Below the pieces are notes generated by a model, which was not told where the DNA came from, searched no databases, and was given only the letters and a program-made list of their open reading frames with translations. This document shows, piece after piece, positions 51,150-63,385 of a stretch of DNA of 64,000 nt (positions within the stretch are counted from its first letter, which is position 1; the number at the start of each line of letters is the position of its first letter). Location of the stretch: positions 48,300,001-48,364,000 of the forward strand of contig NC_058368.1 in assembly GCF_018350175.1 (NCBI RefSeq), in the 5' to 3' direction. This stretch comes from Felis catus (Eukaryota). The translations under genes were made by a program, and so were the position numbers.

Positions 51150-52050
51150 GTATCTGTGGCTCAAGCACTGTACTTCAGAGCCACCGGCCTGTATTTTGCC
51201 AAAAATTTTTACCTCCAGATTTTCTTCATCTCAAAACCTTTTCTGTCCCTTGCCGTCAAGGATAGATGTGCACACACCGTCGGTCAATACCATTTATATG
51301 CCAGTGCTGCCCAATCTGTATCTATAGACTTGCCTTCTCCTCTATGCTCTTGGCAATAACCACAACTTGTTCAGACAAAAACTAGGTGCCACTGACACCA
51401 CTTCTCTCCACCGACACCACCCTAAACCATCATCCTTTTTCTCCTCAACCACTGGTCCAGCCCCTTTCCTCATTCCCCTGCTTCTACTCTTCTAATCCTT
51501 TCTCCAACAGAGCGGCCAGAGTGAGCCTTAAAAATATATACCTGATCATTTCATTCTCCTTCCGCGGCTCCTGTGACACCCACAGACTATAGACTGTGTG
51601 CTTCTGTCCAGCCAACCTCTCCGACCTTATCTTGTTACACCCACCCCCTACTCACTTTTTAATGTTCCTCGAATGTTCCAGTTTTGTTCCCATCCCTGGG
51701 CCCTTGTTTCTAGCACCTGGAATAATTTCCCCCAGATCCTCACGCAGCTGGCTCCTTCCCATCCAGCTCCCAGCTTCTGTGTCAACTCCTTTCAAGAGGC
51801 TTCTTTGTGCCCAAGCCTGTCGGATGGCATTCCAGTCATCTCCACTCATATCCTGGTTACACTTCTCATCGGTGTACTCATCGATACCAAACGTTTGTTA
51901 GTTGTCTGCCTCACTGTACCAGACACTGAGCTCTGGGAAGGCAGAGGACCTGTTTGTCTTTTTAAATACACCATCCCCAGAGTGCCGACAAGTGGCCAGA
52001 TCATTGTGGGTGCCATAATTTTATGGAATGAGGGAACCGATGAATGAGCA
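51150..52050 (+). mobile_element. L2 3' fragment
   Basis: ...ccagagtgagcctta aaaa...ctgatcatttcattctcct...ctgagctctgggaaggcagaggacctgtttgtc...tccccagagtgccgaca...gaatga. Approximate. Confidence 0.65.
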
Positions 52051-52456
52051 CACATATTCTGGAAAAGTGATGATGCTGTTGAGTTAAAAAAATTTTTTCT
52101 GGCAATTTCAAAAGTGTTCAGGTTTGTAAAAGTGACAGAGAATGTAAATATTTAAATTGCAACTGAAAATCAAATACAGGCTAAGAGAAAGAACAGATTC
52201 AGTTAATGTGTTCTAAGGCAGCAGTAGGATTTAAAATAAACAAGGAGCACTGATTGCCATCCTCATTTTCTAGAAGGTATTGCCAATATGTTCTGGTGTT
52301 TTTTGAAGCCCTTTCCCCCCTGAAAACCATCATCACAATCATCAACCACATTCAATCAAGTCTCCTATTCAGGAGCAGAGAGAGGGGCAGACGCATAAAC
52401 TCACACACGTTCTCTTCATATTTTCTCACCTTTCCAAGCCAGTTCTATGTTTCTTT

Positions 52457-52667
52457 TTTTTTTTTTAACGTTTATTTATTTTTGAGACAGAGAGAGACAG
52501 AGCATGAACGGGGGAGGGTCAGAGAGAGGGAGACACAGAATCTGAAACAGGCTCCAGGCTCTGAGCTGTCAGCACAGAGCCTGACGCGGGGCTCGAGCTC
52601 ACGGCCCGCGAGATCATGACCTGAGCCGAAGTGGGCGGTTTAACCAACTGAGCCACCCAGGCGCCCC
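52457..52667 (-). mobile_element. Felid Can-SINE
   Basis: Reverse SINE ending gccacccaggcgcccc. Imperfect TSD ...tgtttcttt. Confidence 0.94.
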
Positions 52668-52691
52668 TGGTTTTGTGTTTCTTTAGTCCGA

Positions 52692-52760
52692 CAGAAGGCA
52701 CCCTTCACACAGATGACCATGTGAGTAGTGCCCCCTGGGGCTGTGCACTATGACAGTCCT
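52692..52760. mobile_element. MER91B-like hAT fragment carrying a CTCF-like motif
   Basis: ggcacccttcacacagatgaccatgtgagtagtgccccctggggctgtgca resembles the palindromic MER91B centre (from memory). Confidence 0.45.
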
Positions 52761-53493
52761 CAAAAGAGAGAATCACAAGCCAAATGCGGCAGCACAACAT
52801 TTGTGGCTGTGGAGGCTTCTTTATGAGGGGTGCTTTTCTGGTAAAAATGTCTTCACAATACAATGAAAAAAAAATGGTATTGCTATGTACAGTCAGTTCC
52901 TAATAAAACCAAGATGAAAAGGAGCCAAATGGCATATTATTCTTGAGGCTGGTGCTGTGACAGTTTTAGGTTTTAGCTTAACTTAGGGTTAAGTCTCAGG
53001 GTCCCTTCCTCTGAATGGTATCCCAGGGACTCTCCACTCTCCTCTCAAAAGTGTCTCTCCTACCCGCGCTTCCCTGAGAGACAGGAGAGCATCAGCCACA
53101 CAATTCAGAGGGAATGTATACTCCTGGTGTAGTATATGAAAGAGATGGGGTGTGGATTATGGGAAACACATTATCTATTAGCCAGGGTAATCGTGACCTT
53201 CAAATAATTGAGCTTTAATTGTATGGGAGGAGGACTTCTGATGATTTCATGTAAGTTTTTATGATCGAAAACAAGGTTACTGTCCACAAAAGTAGAAAAC
53301 CCCACGAGGGTCCGCAGTATTTCATAGGAAATATTGGCACACTACCAACAGGGAAGGAGACAGAATGAGCCCAGTCCCATTTAGATGTAGAGACTGAACA
53401 CACTGGCTGCATTTCAGTTTTATGATACTATTACATCAACGCCTACCTCAGATCCTTTTGAGTGTTTACAGCAGGCTCAGAATTTATCAACTC

Positions 53494-53512
53494 CTACCTC
53501 TAGGTGGCAGCA
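53494..53512 (+). promoter_or_regulatory. Candidate CTCF site
   Basis: CTACCTCTAGGTGGCAGCA. Motif match only. Confidence 0.5.
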
Positions 53513-54198
53513 ACCTCCTGCTGTTCTCAACGTGGTCGCCTTTGGCCTTTGTTTCCTACCTCCACTGTAATTCCACACTTCCTTCTCTTTCCCAAATAAA
53601 TACTTCACAGCCTGTAAACTTTGGGGAAGATTACTGTAAGCTACTTTCCCTGCAAGAAATCAGTCCATTCTTGCCGTTAAGCTACAGGGTTCTTCAAAGA
53701 GTACAAAATAATTCAGGTCTAAAGTGAAAAAATAATAGAAAGCGATTTTCTTTCTCCGTATCTATCAACCGCAAACTCTAAGGAAAGCAATGTTTTTTCT
53801 TCACGGTCCTCTGAGGAAAAAAGGCAACGAGTAGACGAATGAGCAAATTGATGGAACTGGAGAGATTTCAATTTTACAATAATGCTAATTTAATGTTATG
53901 GGTGATTTTTAAATAACTGCTTTTCTGAAGGATGTAACCTGAGACGTCCATTTATGAGGGCATTCCAAATATATCACAGGATGAGGAGAAGATTCAATGA
54001 TCACACAAAATTGGTAACATACAGAGAATTACCTTTCTGTTTATTTGGCCTTCCCAGAAACCAAAGTTCCATCTTTATCCTAAAAAGCTACCATTTCTGC
54101 TTAGATGTAGTATGTGGGCTTTCTGGAGTACATATTTACCTAATGCATTGAACCACAGTCCCACCCACATATATTTACCTGCTCAGGGTTGTAAAATC

Positions 54199-54400
54199 TT
54201 TTTTTTTTTTTTTTTGAGAGAGAGCACACGTGTGTGTGCACATGTGCAAGTAGGAGAGGGGCAGAGGGAGATAGAGAATCTTAAGCAGGCTCCATGCTCA
54301 GTACAGAGCCAACGTGGGACTCAAACCCACAACCTTGGGATCACGGCCTGAGCCAAAATCAAGAGCTGGATGCTTAACTGACTGGGCAACTCAGACACCC
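54199..54400 (-). mobile_element. Can-SINE (older subfamily)
   Basis: poly(T)...gagaatcttaagcaggctcc...gccaaaatcaagagctggatgcttaac. Confidence 0.9.
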
Positions 54401-54697
54401 TAGGATTCTAAATGGTTACAGTTTAAGAGGGACTAAAGAGAGCTGAGTTCAACTTCAGCTTTCTTTGAGGGTAGAACAAATGCTGGGTGTGTCAGAGAAT
54501 CACCCAGGTAGTAGGAAAGATTCCTTTTATGTAAAGTTGACAGCGGACTGTGCGCTAATACCTAGGCTTTACGAAACACTTTCATCCAAGGTGATACTAA
54601 CGAGTATTACTTCTTTTGCACTCTTCCCAAGACCTAATCTGAAAAGTTTGGGTCAGATACCATTTATACATTCACTTAATTAGAAATACTGAGTGCA

Positions 54698-54930
54698 GGG
54701 GCGCCTGGGTGGCGCAGTCAGTTAAGCGTCCGACTTCAGCCAGGTCACGATCTCGCGGTCCGTGAGTTCGAGCCCCGCGTCGGGCTCTGGGCTAATGGCT
54801 CGGAGCCTGGAGCCTGTTTCCGATTCTGTGTCTCCCTCTCTCTCTGCCCCTCCCCCGTTCATGCTCTGTCTCTCTCTGTCCCAAAAAATAAATAAACGTT
54901 GAAAAAAAAATTAAAAAAAAAAAAAAAAAA
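54698..54930 (+). mobile_element. Young felid Can-SINE (SINEC_Fc-like)
   Basis: Near-identical to 11930-12159, with a long A tail. Perfect TSD agaaatactgagtgca at 54682-54697 and 54931-54946. Confidence 0.96.
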
Positions 54931-54946
54931 AGAAATACTGAGTGCA

Positions 54947-55079
54947 GGGGTGCCTCGGTGGCTCAGTCGGTTAAGCGTCCGACTCTCAGTTTCACTCAGG
55001 TCATGATCTCACGGCTTCGTGAGTTCGGGCCCCACATCGAGCTCTGCGCTGACAGTGAGGAGCCTGACTGGGATTCATT

Positions 55080-55118
<39 letters not shown>

Positions 55119-55206
55119 ATTCTCTCTGCCCCGCCCCCACTCATGCTGTCTCTGTGTCTCTCAAAACATGTAAATAAACTTTAAAAATTAAGAAAGAAAA
55201 AAAAAA
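54947..55206 (+). mobile_element. Older Can-SINE in tandem with the previous one
   Basis: ggggtgcctcggtggctcagtcgg..., (CT)n and an A tail, followed by a diverged TSD copy agaaatgcttaagtgga. Confidence 0.93.
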
Positions 55207-55659
55207 AGAAATGCTTAAGTGGAAAAAGTATAAAGAGTAATTTAGGCTGAGTGACAAATTTATACCAGAACCCAAGCTGTAGATGTAAGCTTTCCTCCTT
55301 TCACAGGGGGTTCCTCTATTCTCTGTATCTTAACACAGTGACTATGTGTGTTTGGTTTTAAACACTACCTTTTTATATATGGGATTCAAAGTAGGCTTTC
55401 TGAGGAAATAGATGGTTTGGGGGGATTAGAATAAAAAATTAAAAGTTTTAAGGTAAATGGAGTCTAGTTTGACTGAACATTGTTATGATTCGCCCAGTTC
55501 AATAATCGCCAATAAGACCTAAAACAAGCCACTGCTTTTAGTGACTAATTGTGGATCATCTTCATCGTCCAAAACCTAAGAAGAGCTGGGTGCCAAGTCA
55601 TAACATTTAACGTTCATTAAGTGCCTTTAACGGCAGCTTCTAGTTCACCGAATCATGAT

Positions 55660-55993
55660 GGACTTGGTAACCAAGGCCCCTTTCTTCCCCCGGCCAAGGG
55701 CTGGGCACCTGAGCCAGCCCGAGGCCGATCAGACTCTGCCTCGCCCTGTTGTGGTTTTGAGGTGACATCAAGGAGCCGGAGCTAAGTCACTCTAAGCCTG
55801 CACCTGCTTATTACATCCTGCTCCGAGACCCCAGGTGCTGTCCTGCTTCCTGTGTTTCCCGAGGCCCAGCTCTGCTGTTTCTCCTTTGACTTCGTAACCC
55901 ACCTCATGTCCTTGTCTACAAAATTACCTTTTGCTCAAGTTGGCCAGACTCCGTCAGCTTCCACTGCTTCTGACAAAAGAACCTCACCTGATA
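55660..55993 (+). mobile_element. ERVL-class (LTR16-like) solo LTR relic
   Basis: gggctgggcacctgagccagccc...gccgatcagact... and 3' aaattaccttttgctcaagttggccaga...caaaagaacctcacctgata. Family recalled from memory. Confidence 0.45.
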
Positions 55994-56769
55994 AAGGAGA
56001 TTCGACCGAATGAAGGTGCAGCAGAGGCAAATGGTTACAAGCAGACAGCTGGTTCCAGCAGCGTCTGGGGCCCTCCAGCTACTTCTCAGCTGTGGGCTTA
56101 TATGGAGCAGCTGTGACTAAAAGCCTTTGCGACACTGGTAGGTTTTAATTTTTGGATAAATACGTCACATACCATCTACTGCTCTCTTGAAACTGATTAA
56201 AAGAAATATCTTAATTAAGATACTGATCCTACCTTAGAAAACCTAGTGCTGTGCTAAGAAAGAAATGTAATAAATAGCTAGTTTTAAGGAAATTACCAGG
56301 AAACTTTATGAAAATCTAGTGGTTGTTGAGAAAAATTAAAGTAAGGTGAGAATATACTTAACTAAACAAAATTGCTAGTTCACTGTCCACGAGCAGACGA
56401 AGAAATCTCCATGGCTAGAAAGATGACTTTGCAAATTTGCATGATAAATGAAAATCAGAATAAAACTACGGACACATCCTGCACTCTCACAAAGAAATCC
56501 CCTTATGATATATTAGCCTCAGTAGTATTCCCAGCATACTCAAGGAAACACATTAGGATTTTTGATTGGGACCCAATATTAGTCATTTTCTCTTTCAAAT
56601 ATATATTTAGAAGACAACTATGATTAATCGATTTTTTACTCCAAATATATTCACTGGAAAATACTATGAGGGACTAAAAACAAATGCATCGCTAAGATAC
56701 GGTGATTTCTCTGTATATACACGGGCAGTGAATTAGCAATTTTAAAGTTAAAACAAAGAAAGCCCTTTT

Positions 56770-56965
56770 GGGGCACCTGGGTGGCTTAGTCGGTTGAGTC
56801 CAACTCTTGATTTCCGCTCAGGTTGTGATCTTACCCGTTTGTGGGATCAATCCTTGTGTGGGGCTCTGCACTGACAGCACGGAGCCTGCTTGGGATTCTC
56901 TCTCTCTGTTCCTCCCCTGCTTGTTCACTGTCTCTCAAAATAAATTAAATAAACCTTAAAAATAA
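56770..56965 (+). mobile_element. Can-SINE (older subfamily)
   Basis: ggggcacctgggtggcttagtcggttgag...ggagcctgcttgggattctctc...A-rich tail. Confidence 0.9.
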
Positions 56966-57390
56966 AGTGTTCATTTTAATTTTATGTATTAATTATAACA
57001 TGCCTTGTGCTGGTACTTTCAGAGATACATAGTTTTTTCATACTGGGATGGCTTTATTCTGCATTATTCATTAACGACTCCCTACGTTCCCTATTCCTCA
57101 TGTTTCCTTACCACACAACCATTATTTTAAAGTTCTATGCAAGAACAAGTTTAACAGGGAGGAGAATGCGATAGAGAATAATGCACACTGTACAATTTAA
57201 AACTCTTTAAAAGCTATGGTTCAAGTAGCTTTCCCAAAGTAAGTCATGATTTCAGATTGCATAATTTTAAATATCCTTAAGTATATAAAACCAACCTAAA
57301 AAAGTAATCACATGGAAAATGTTATCAATCCCAGAATTACAACCTGTTGTGTTTTTTTTTGTTTGTTTGTTTGTTTTTTGTTGTTGTTTA

Positions 57391-57647
57391 CTTTGGATTT
57401 AGTTTCCTCTGGTTTCCTAATATGGAAGCCTAGATTATCGATTTCAGATCTTTCTTCTTTTCTAATCGATACCTTGATGCTATAAATTCCCTTTTAAACA
57501 TTGCTTTTGATGCATTTCACAAATTTTGGTAAGTTGTGCTCTTACTTTCATTGACTTAATATTTTTAAATTTCCCTTGAGCTTTCTTCTGTGACCCATGT
57601 GCTATTTAGAAGTAGTTGTTCAGACTCCACAAATTTTGGATTTTCCA
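57391..57647 (-). mobile_element. L1 ORF2 internal fragment
   Basis: gatttcagatctttcttcttttcta...tgctataaattccctttta...ctgtgacccatgtgctatttagaagt. Confidence 0.7.
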
Positions 57648-57705
57648 AACAAGTCCATTTGAATACTGAAGTAATATCTCTTGGCCATGCTAAAATTAAT
57701 TAGTA

Positions 57706-57822
57706 AGAGCACCTGGCTGGCTAAGTTGGAAGAGCATGTGATTCTTGATCTCAGAGTCATGAGTTCAAGCCCCATGTTGGAGTAGAGATGACTTAAAAGA
57801 AATCTTTAAAAAAATTTTAAAA
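57706..57822 (+). mobile_element. Short tRNA-derived carnivore SINE (tSINE-like)
   Basis: gcacctggctggctaagttggaagagcatgtgattcttgatctcagagtcatgagttcaagccccatgttgg...A-rich tail. Confidence 0.85.
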
Positions 57823-60800
57823 AAATTAGTTAATAGAATGGAGACATTTTATTACATGATAGGGTCACACCTAGCTGAGAAGATGCTAGAATCAACAAAG
57901 AGTATAATGACAGGCCCTACAGGGTCTTCTATCAGGTTTTCAGTAAGACACTCATGTGCTTCTGAGCAGCACGTTGGTAAAAACAAAATGCCCATGGATT
58001 TTAAATAGAAAAATGTCTCAGAAGTGGTGACCTTTGTGGCCCAGCATGATCTTCTAGCCAAACTCTTCTATAATTAAGGAAATAATTGCAGAAAATAACC
58101 TTCTTTATTTTTTTTTCCCAAACCATCTTTATTGTGACTGAAGCAATATGAGAGACAAAACTCAGCTGATACTGACAGGAATGTGAAACACTTTTATCGT
58201 GAGGTTTTTTGTTGAAATTCTGGGTAATGGAGAATTCAGGAAAATTAGACAAAGGTCTTTAATAAGGTCAATCTGAAAGATGGTACACAGGTTTGAAGTA
58301 TACATAATCGTCACCAAGCTATGACGAGGGGGTAGAAGTAATTAAAGAACTTAATAGCGGAGACTGGATTATGAAATACAAAAGGATGTGAATTTGGAGG
58401 GAATTAAAATGTAGCAACACCCTGGAGGCACTCTTTTCATTGCAATTCAGTATGAATACAGAGAACTTGCAAACTGGTTCACAATTACATGAACTATGGC
58501 CCATTTTCCGAATCTGTTATCAAACACTGGAGAGAGTATGCTTCCAAATTAAATCTACAGGCAACCTGCTGTCACTTATTTGCCAACATGTATGGATTAA
58601 AAAACCCACGAGGCCAGGAAGGCATTCTGGGAACTAAAATTTACACATATTCATGTCCATACATATTACCACAATTTTTGCTCTGTCAGTCAAGAAGCAA
58701 AACAGTGGAATGCTCTAGTAATTAATGTAACATAATCAATATTATCTATAAACAATTAGCATGCAAGGATCCACGAGATGCTGCGTAAACACTTTGGCAA
58801 AGTAACTGCCACATAGAGTGGGCAGCACTGTCTTCATGAGGGCCTCTCCAATGTCCCCCTTCTCTCCAGGCATCATACCAACATCATGGGAACTTCCCAA
58901 AAGCTTCCTGCTTATTAATTAGTGATGAATTAGCTATCTATCTTACTTAATCATTAGCATTTCTCTTGCTGTACCCATAGGTAGCAACTGCTATGTAGCG
59001 GAAAGACGACTGGACAGGTTTGAAGAGACCTGGGTTTATGCCCACGTCTGACATGTTACCTTGCTGTCTTTGGGCCTCCATTTCTACATGTGGAAAGTGA
59101 GAAGCTGAAATAAACTTGCTTATGTTTCCTTCAACTCTGAAACTGACAACTACTATATTTGGAAACGCTCTGTCCCTCCCTAAAGGGGAGCTTTCTGAGA
59201 GGTTTCTGCGTCAGCTTTCTGAGAGGTTTCCAGTATCAACAACTTCAGTGTCTTCCACTAACTATTAAGGCAAAAGGTTTAAACAAGAAGTGCTCTTACT
59301 TTTATGAAAAAGGTACATACTAGTTATAGCCTTCAGGAAGATTCTGTGGAATCACATCTAACATTTGCAACTGGAGGCATTTAAATATTTGAGCTCATTG
59401 TAGCACTATACAGCCAATAATAAAGCATCACAGTGTGAAAAGGTTCTTTCTGCTCTCCACAAGAATTTGTGACACAGAACTTTCTCATATCCAAATGTGA
59501 AATGTGATTCACACTCAGAATGTGCCATAATTTGCATACACTATTAAAACTGGGACTTCTTTGTGTATACAGCTACATAACATCTCAGACATGTTGGTAA
59601 GAAATAAACCATAATTGAGACGGGTGGTGACAGCATCCAACTGGTTAGAGCAAATTACTTCTATTATACTGATGATAATTCCTGTTAATACTTTATTTTC
59701 TGTCATTATATAAATAGCCCATAAAATCTCTATTATGTAATGCTCACAGCTACTCTTGCATTAAGAGCCCTGGATGCATGTTTGGGTACCAAGCACAACT
59801 ACCATTACAACAATCACCAAAGAACGATATATACCCAAGTCCCCTATAATTTCAGGAATGCAGCAGGATAGAGGGTGAAGTGAAGAGGAGGGAAGAAAGG
59901 GTAAAAAGATGAAAATGAGCATGTATCCATACATATGCCTTTGGGCTACTCAAGCTGATCCTGGGAATTTCTGGAGCTGTATATCAACTCCGGTGTTTAG
60001 CTCAGAGATATTCCCCACCAAACCCCTCCCTGTCCTGTTCCAACCTACACATACACACCAAACACAGATTCCAAATCTCTATCATATCTCTGAGTATAAA
60101 ACAACTGGAAGATAACATGGAAGCAGCCACTCTGTGCATTTGATATCAGAATATACCTCCTTTACCCCCCAAAAATCTGTAAAGAACAAGTCTCTCTGCA
60201 CATTGAATTCTCTTAACAAAGCTTGCCTCCTTTCCCTGCAGTGGAGCAAAATATTTTTTTTCCTGGCATTATTACCTGCAAGAGAGTAGGAAACGCCCTA
60301 AAAAAGGTTTCATAGTTACTGGACAAAGGAAGGTATGATTACCTCTACTTAGTGTCAATGAGGAAGGAAAGAGGGAAAGAGAAGGGATATGCACATGAAA
60401 TACAGAATGAAATTCACATGCTGAACCTCAAATGCTTCATCAATCCTGGAATCCACAAATATTCCTACAGTGGAGTTGCAGCGAGGGGAGAGCCGTTCTG
60501 ATGGACAGAGTTTATGTCTGGTTGGACTGCTACCTTTGATTAAGTGAATATTAAATGAGTTGTACACTGATCTCATGTTCTTCACTGGGGTGCGAACATA
60601 CCTGTCATGAAGTTCTTACTGCCATCACTCTTTAATCCCTGGAGGTCAGCAGACAGCTACAGCAAACCTGGCTCCATCCTAACATCTGTCATTGCACCCC
60701 TTGCATCCTGGTGCTTTCATCTCCTCCCTGGATACCTACATTTGTTACCACATCCTCTTTCCATTCCAGCAGGTTTGTTTGCCTTGAACAGACGTTCTTT

Positions 60801-61623
60801 TCTTTCCACACATTTCTTCAGTTCCAGAGAGAAGAAATGCTGCCACAGGAATGAGGTCAGTGCATGCGTCCTCACAGACTAACATTATGCAAAGGAAAAC
60901 ACTACTTAAAATTTTAAACCATCTTCACTCAATAATAAACACTGGTTTCATAGCTCAACCACAGCACCTGGCATTTACAACGTACCAATTGTCATGCATT
61001 TCCTGTGCATAGCTTATAAGTTCAAGCCTTTTCATGTTTTAGTGAGGCTTAATTGCTTTTCTAATGAACAATATTTTTTAACTGATTGGAGCATTTGCTA
61101 ATCCAACTTCACAACATCACCCAACATCACTCACATACGGTGTTTGCAGATCTAACTCAAGCCAGAGCCAAGCTAGTGTTGTATATACCTCATAATTCTA
61201 TTAAGTATCCCAAACTTCTATTTGGGGAAGATCAACAGTCACTTTCCCTTTATCTCCATTGCTAGCGTGAGTATTTTAACTTTCTGAATTTCCAGAGCCA
61301 ATCTTTCACAAAGAAATAGGAAGTGTTTATCACTCAACTAGATGTAGACACTGGGTGATTCGCTGGGCTTCTTCCTAACTAGGTGATTTATTTCCATCTA
61401 CCAGCCTCACAGCATTTACTTAAGGAAAATTCAAGGTACTATATATAATGGGGATTTTAACTAACTCGTGACCAAATAAAGCACATATTTTAAATCCACG
61501 TATGCTCCTACTATAGTTAATTTAGAAATATCTCCAGGTCCTTGTATATGAATTTCAATATATATGAAAGCAGTAACTCAACCCTCTGCTTTTCCTAGTA
61601 ATTCTCGATCTATCATATCTATG

Positions 61624-61624
<1 letters not shown>

Positions 61625-61672
<48 letters not shown>

Positions 61673-61698
61673 ATACACACACACACACACACACACAC

Positions 61699-61733
<35 letters not shown>
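61625..61733. repeat. Long (CA)n microsatellite with two CCAT interruptions
   Basis: Direct inspection. Confidence 0.95.
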
Positions 61734-61735
<2 letters not shown>

Positions 61736-62940
61736 CTCACCTGCAAGAGAGTGAGCTCCTTGAGGACAGAAACCAGGTTTTATTTATCTTTCTAATCTAG
61801 TGCTTTTCATAGTTCCAGGGACTGTAAATAAATGCTGCTGAATAAATAAAAGTTGAATTTTCTCAAGGCTAGTAGTAAAAATCCTTTTTGTTTTTCATGG
61901 ATTACTTCTCTGGAGATAAAAGTGGTTTAAATTTACTCACCAAATAACGTGCTATGAATTATGTAGGAACGAATTACCATTACTCCAATAGTCCAGAAAG
62001 GAAGAGTGAAGGACAGACTATTTGTTATTTACTCAGCGATCGCCACTTAGCCACTGAGAAATCAGTTGTTAGAACGTGGATGTGGTAACTATCCATGTTG
62101 TACTCTACCCATTAGCTCACATTGCTCACTGGAGCATCTCGTACTCTCTGTCTGTTGTAAAGTTCCTTTAGTACAGTACGCCTTGTACTGAGAAGGAGTA
62201 TCAGTTCTGTGCGGTCAAGAAAGAACGTGCTCTCTCCCTTTCCTTTTATGTAATGGGCATCGGCATCATTATTCGCTCAGCTTTCCAGGTTTGACAGGGG
62301 ACAGTATGCTTTAGTGACTGAGAGAGACCATGAGGATGCCCCAGCTTTTAGACAGCATGTTCCCTGTGCTCTATTTCCCCCTCCATGAAAAAGAAAAGCA
62401 CAATATTTAACAACATCGCCAGGCTATTGTGAGCGTTAATTAGATTTAATGGGGGAAGGGAGGTGAGCTGATTACGCACTATTCAAATTCAAAGAATCAT
62501 TATTTTGTGTCTAAAAATAATCCTGACTTAGGAACAAAATTAATTTGGAACCTCAATCTTTGGTAATCATCTTCCCATACTTAGAAAAAAGTTTTTATTC
62601 ACAATCCCATTCTAAGCAAAATCCAATGAAGTAAAAGTGGAGATCTGTGAATTTCCACAGACTTTTGAAGTAATACAGTACACGGATCAATTTTTTATTT
62701 TTCTTTTCTTTCCTTTTTTGAAGCTACACGATGCGTAGAAAGGTTAATTTTGTGGAATGGAGTCATGTAAACAAAGTACATTAATTTTTTGTTTCACATG
62801 AAACGTTTGTGAAACACTTTAAATTACTTCTTTAAAGAATTAGTAATTGAAGTTTTGTGACTGAAATAACTTTTTAGGTCATTTCCTCTAAGTTCCATTT
62901 ATTTTTATTTTTTTTCAAGAACTATTCAGTGAAAGATCTT

Positions 62941-63351
62941 TGATCCATGTCTTAATCCCTGGACCTCATGAATGTTACCGTCCATGGAAGAGTGAATTCT
63001 GTACATGTGATTAAGGATCTTGAGATAGGAAGATTATTCTAGGCTATCTAGGTGGGCGTGAGAAGCAATCACAAGTGTCTTTGTAAAAGGAAGGCACAAA
63101 GAGATTTGGCTACAGAAAGGAAGGAGACAATGTGGTGGCATGGGAAGCAGGTGGAGAAAGCCATGTGAGGTGGGGCCATAAGTCAAGGAATGAGAATGGC
63201 CTCTGGATGACAGAAAACACTAGGAATGGATTGTCCCCTAAAGCCTCCAAAAGGAATCAACCCACCTGACACCTTGACTTGGCCCCATTAGACTCCTTTT
63301 GGAGTTCTGACCTCTGAAACTTTAAGAGAATAAATGTATATTCTTTTAAGC

Positions 63352-63352
<1 letters not shown>
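62941..63352 (+). mobile_element. MLT1 (MaLR, MLT1D-like) LTR lacking U5, followed by poly(A)
   Basis: catgtcttaatccctgg...gtgattaaggatcttgagatagga...gcctccaaaagga...gacaccttgactt...ttctgacctctgaaactttaagagAATAAAtg...ttttaagcc, then A30 and (GA)n. Confidence 0.85.

Positions 63353-63385
<33 letters not shown>

Noticed and set aside
50561..52047. Several 100-149 aa ORFs on both strands
   Set aside because: They fall inside L2 relics, show no recognisable domain or splice-consistent structure, and mostly have non-ATG starts.
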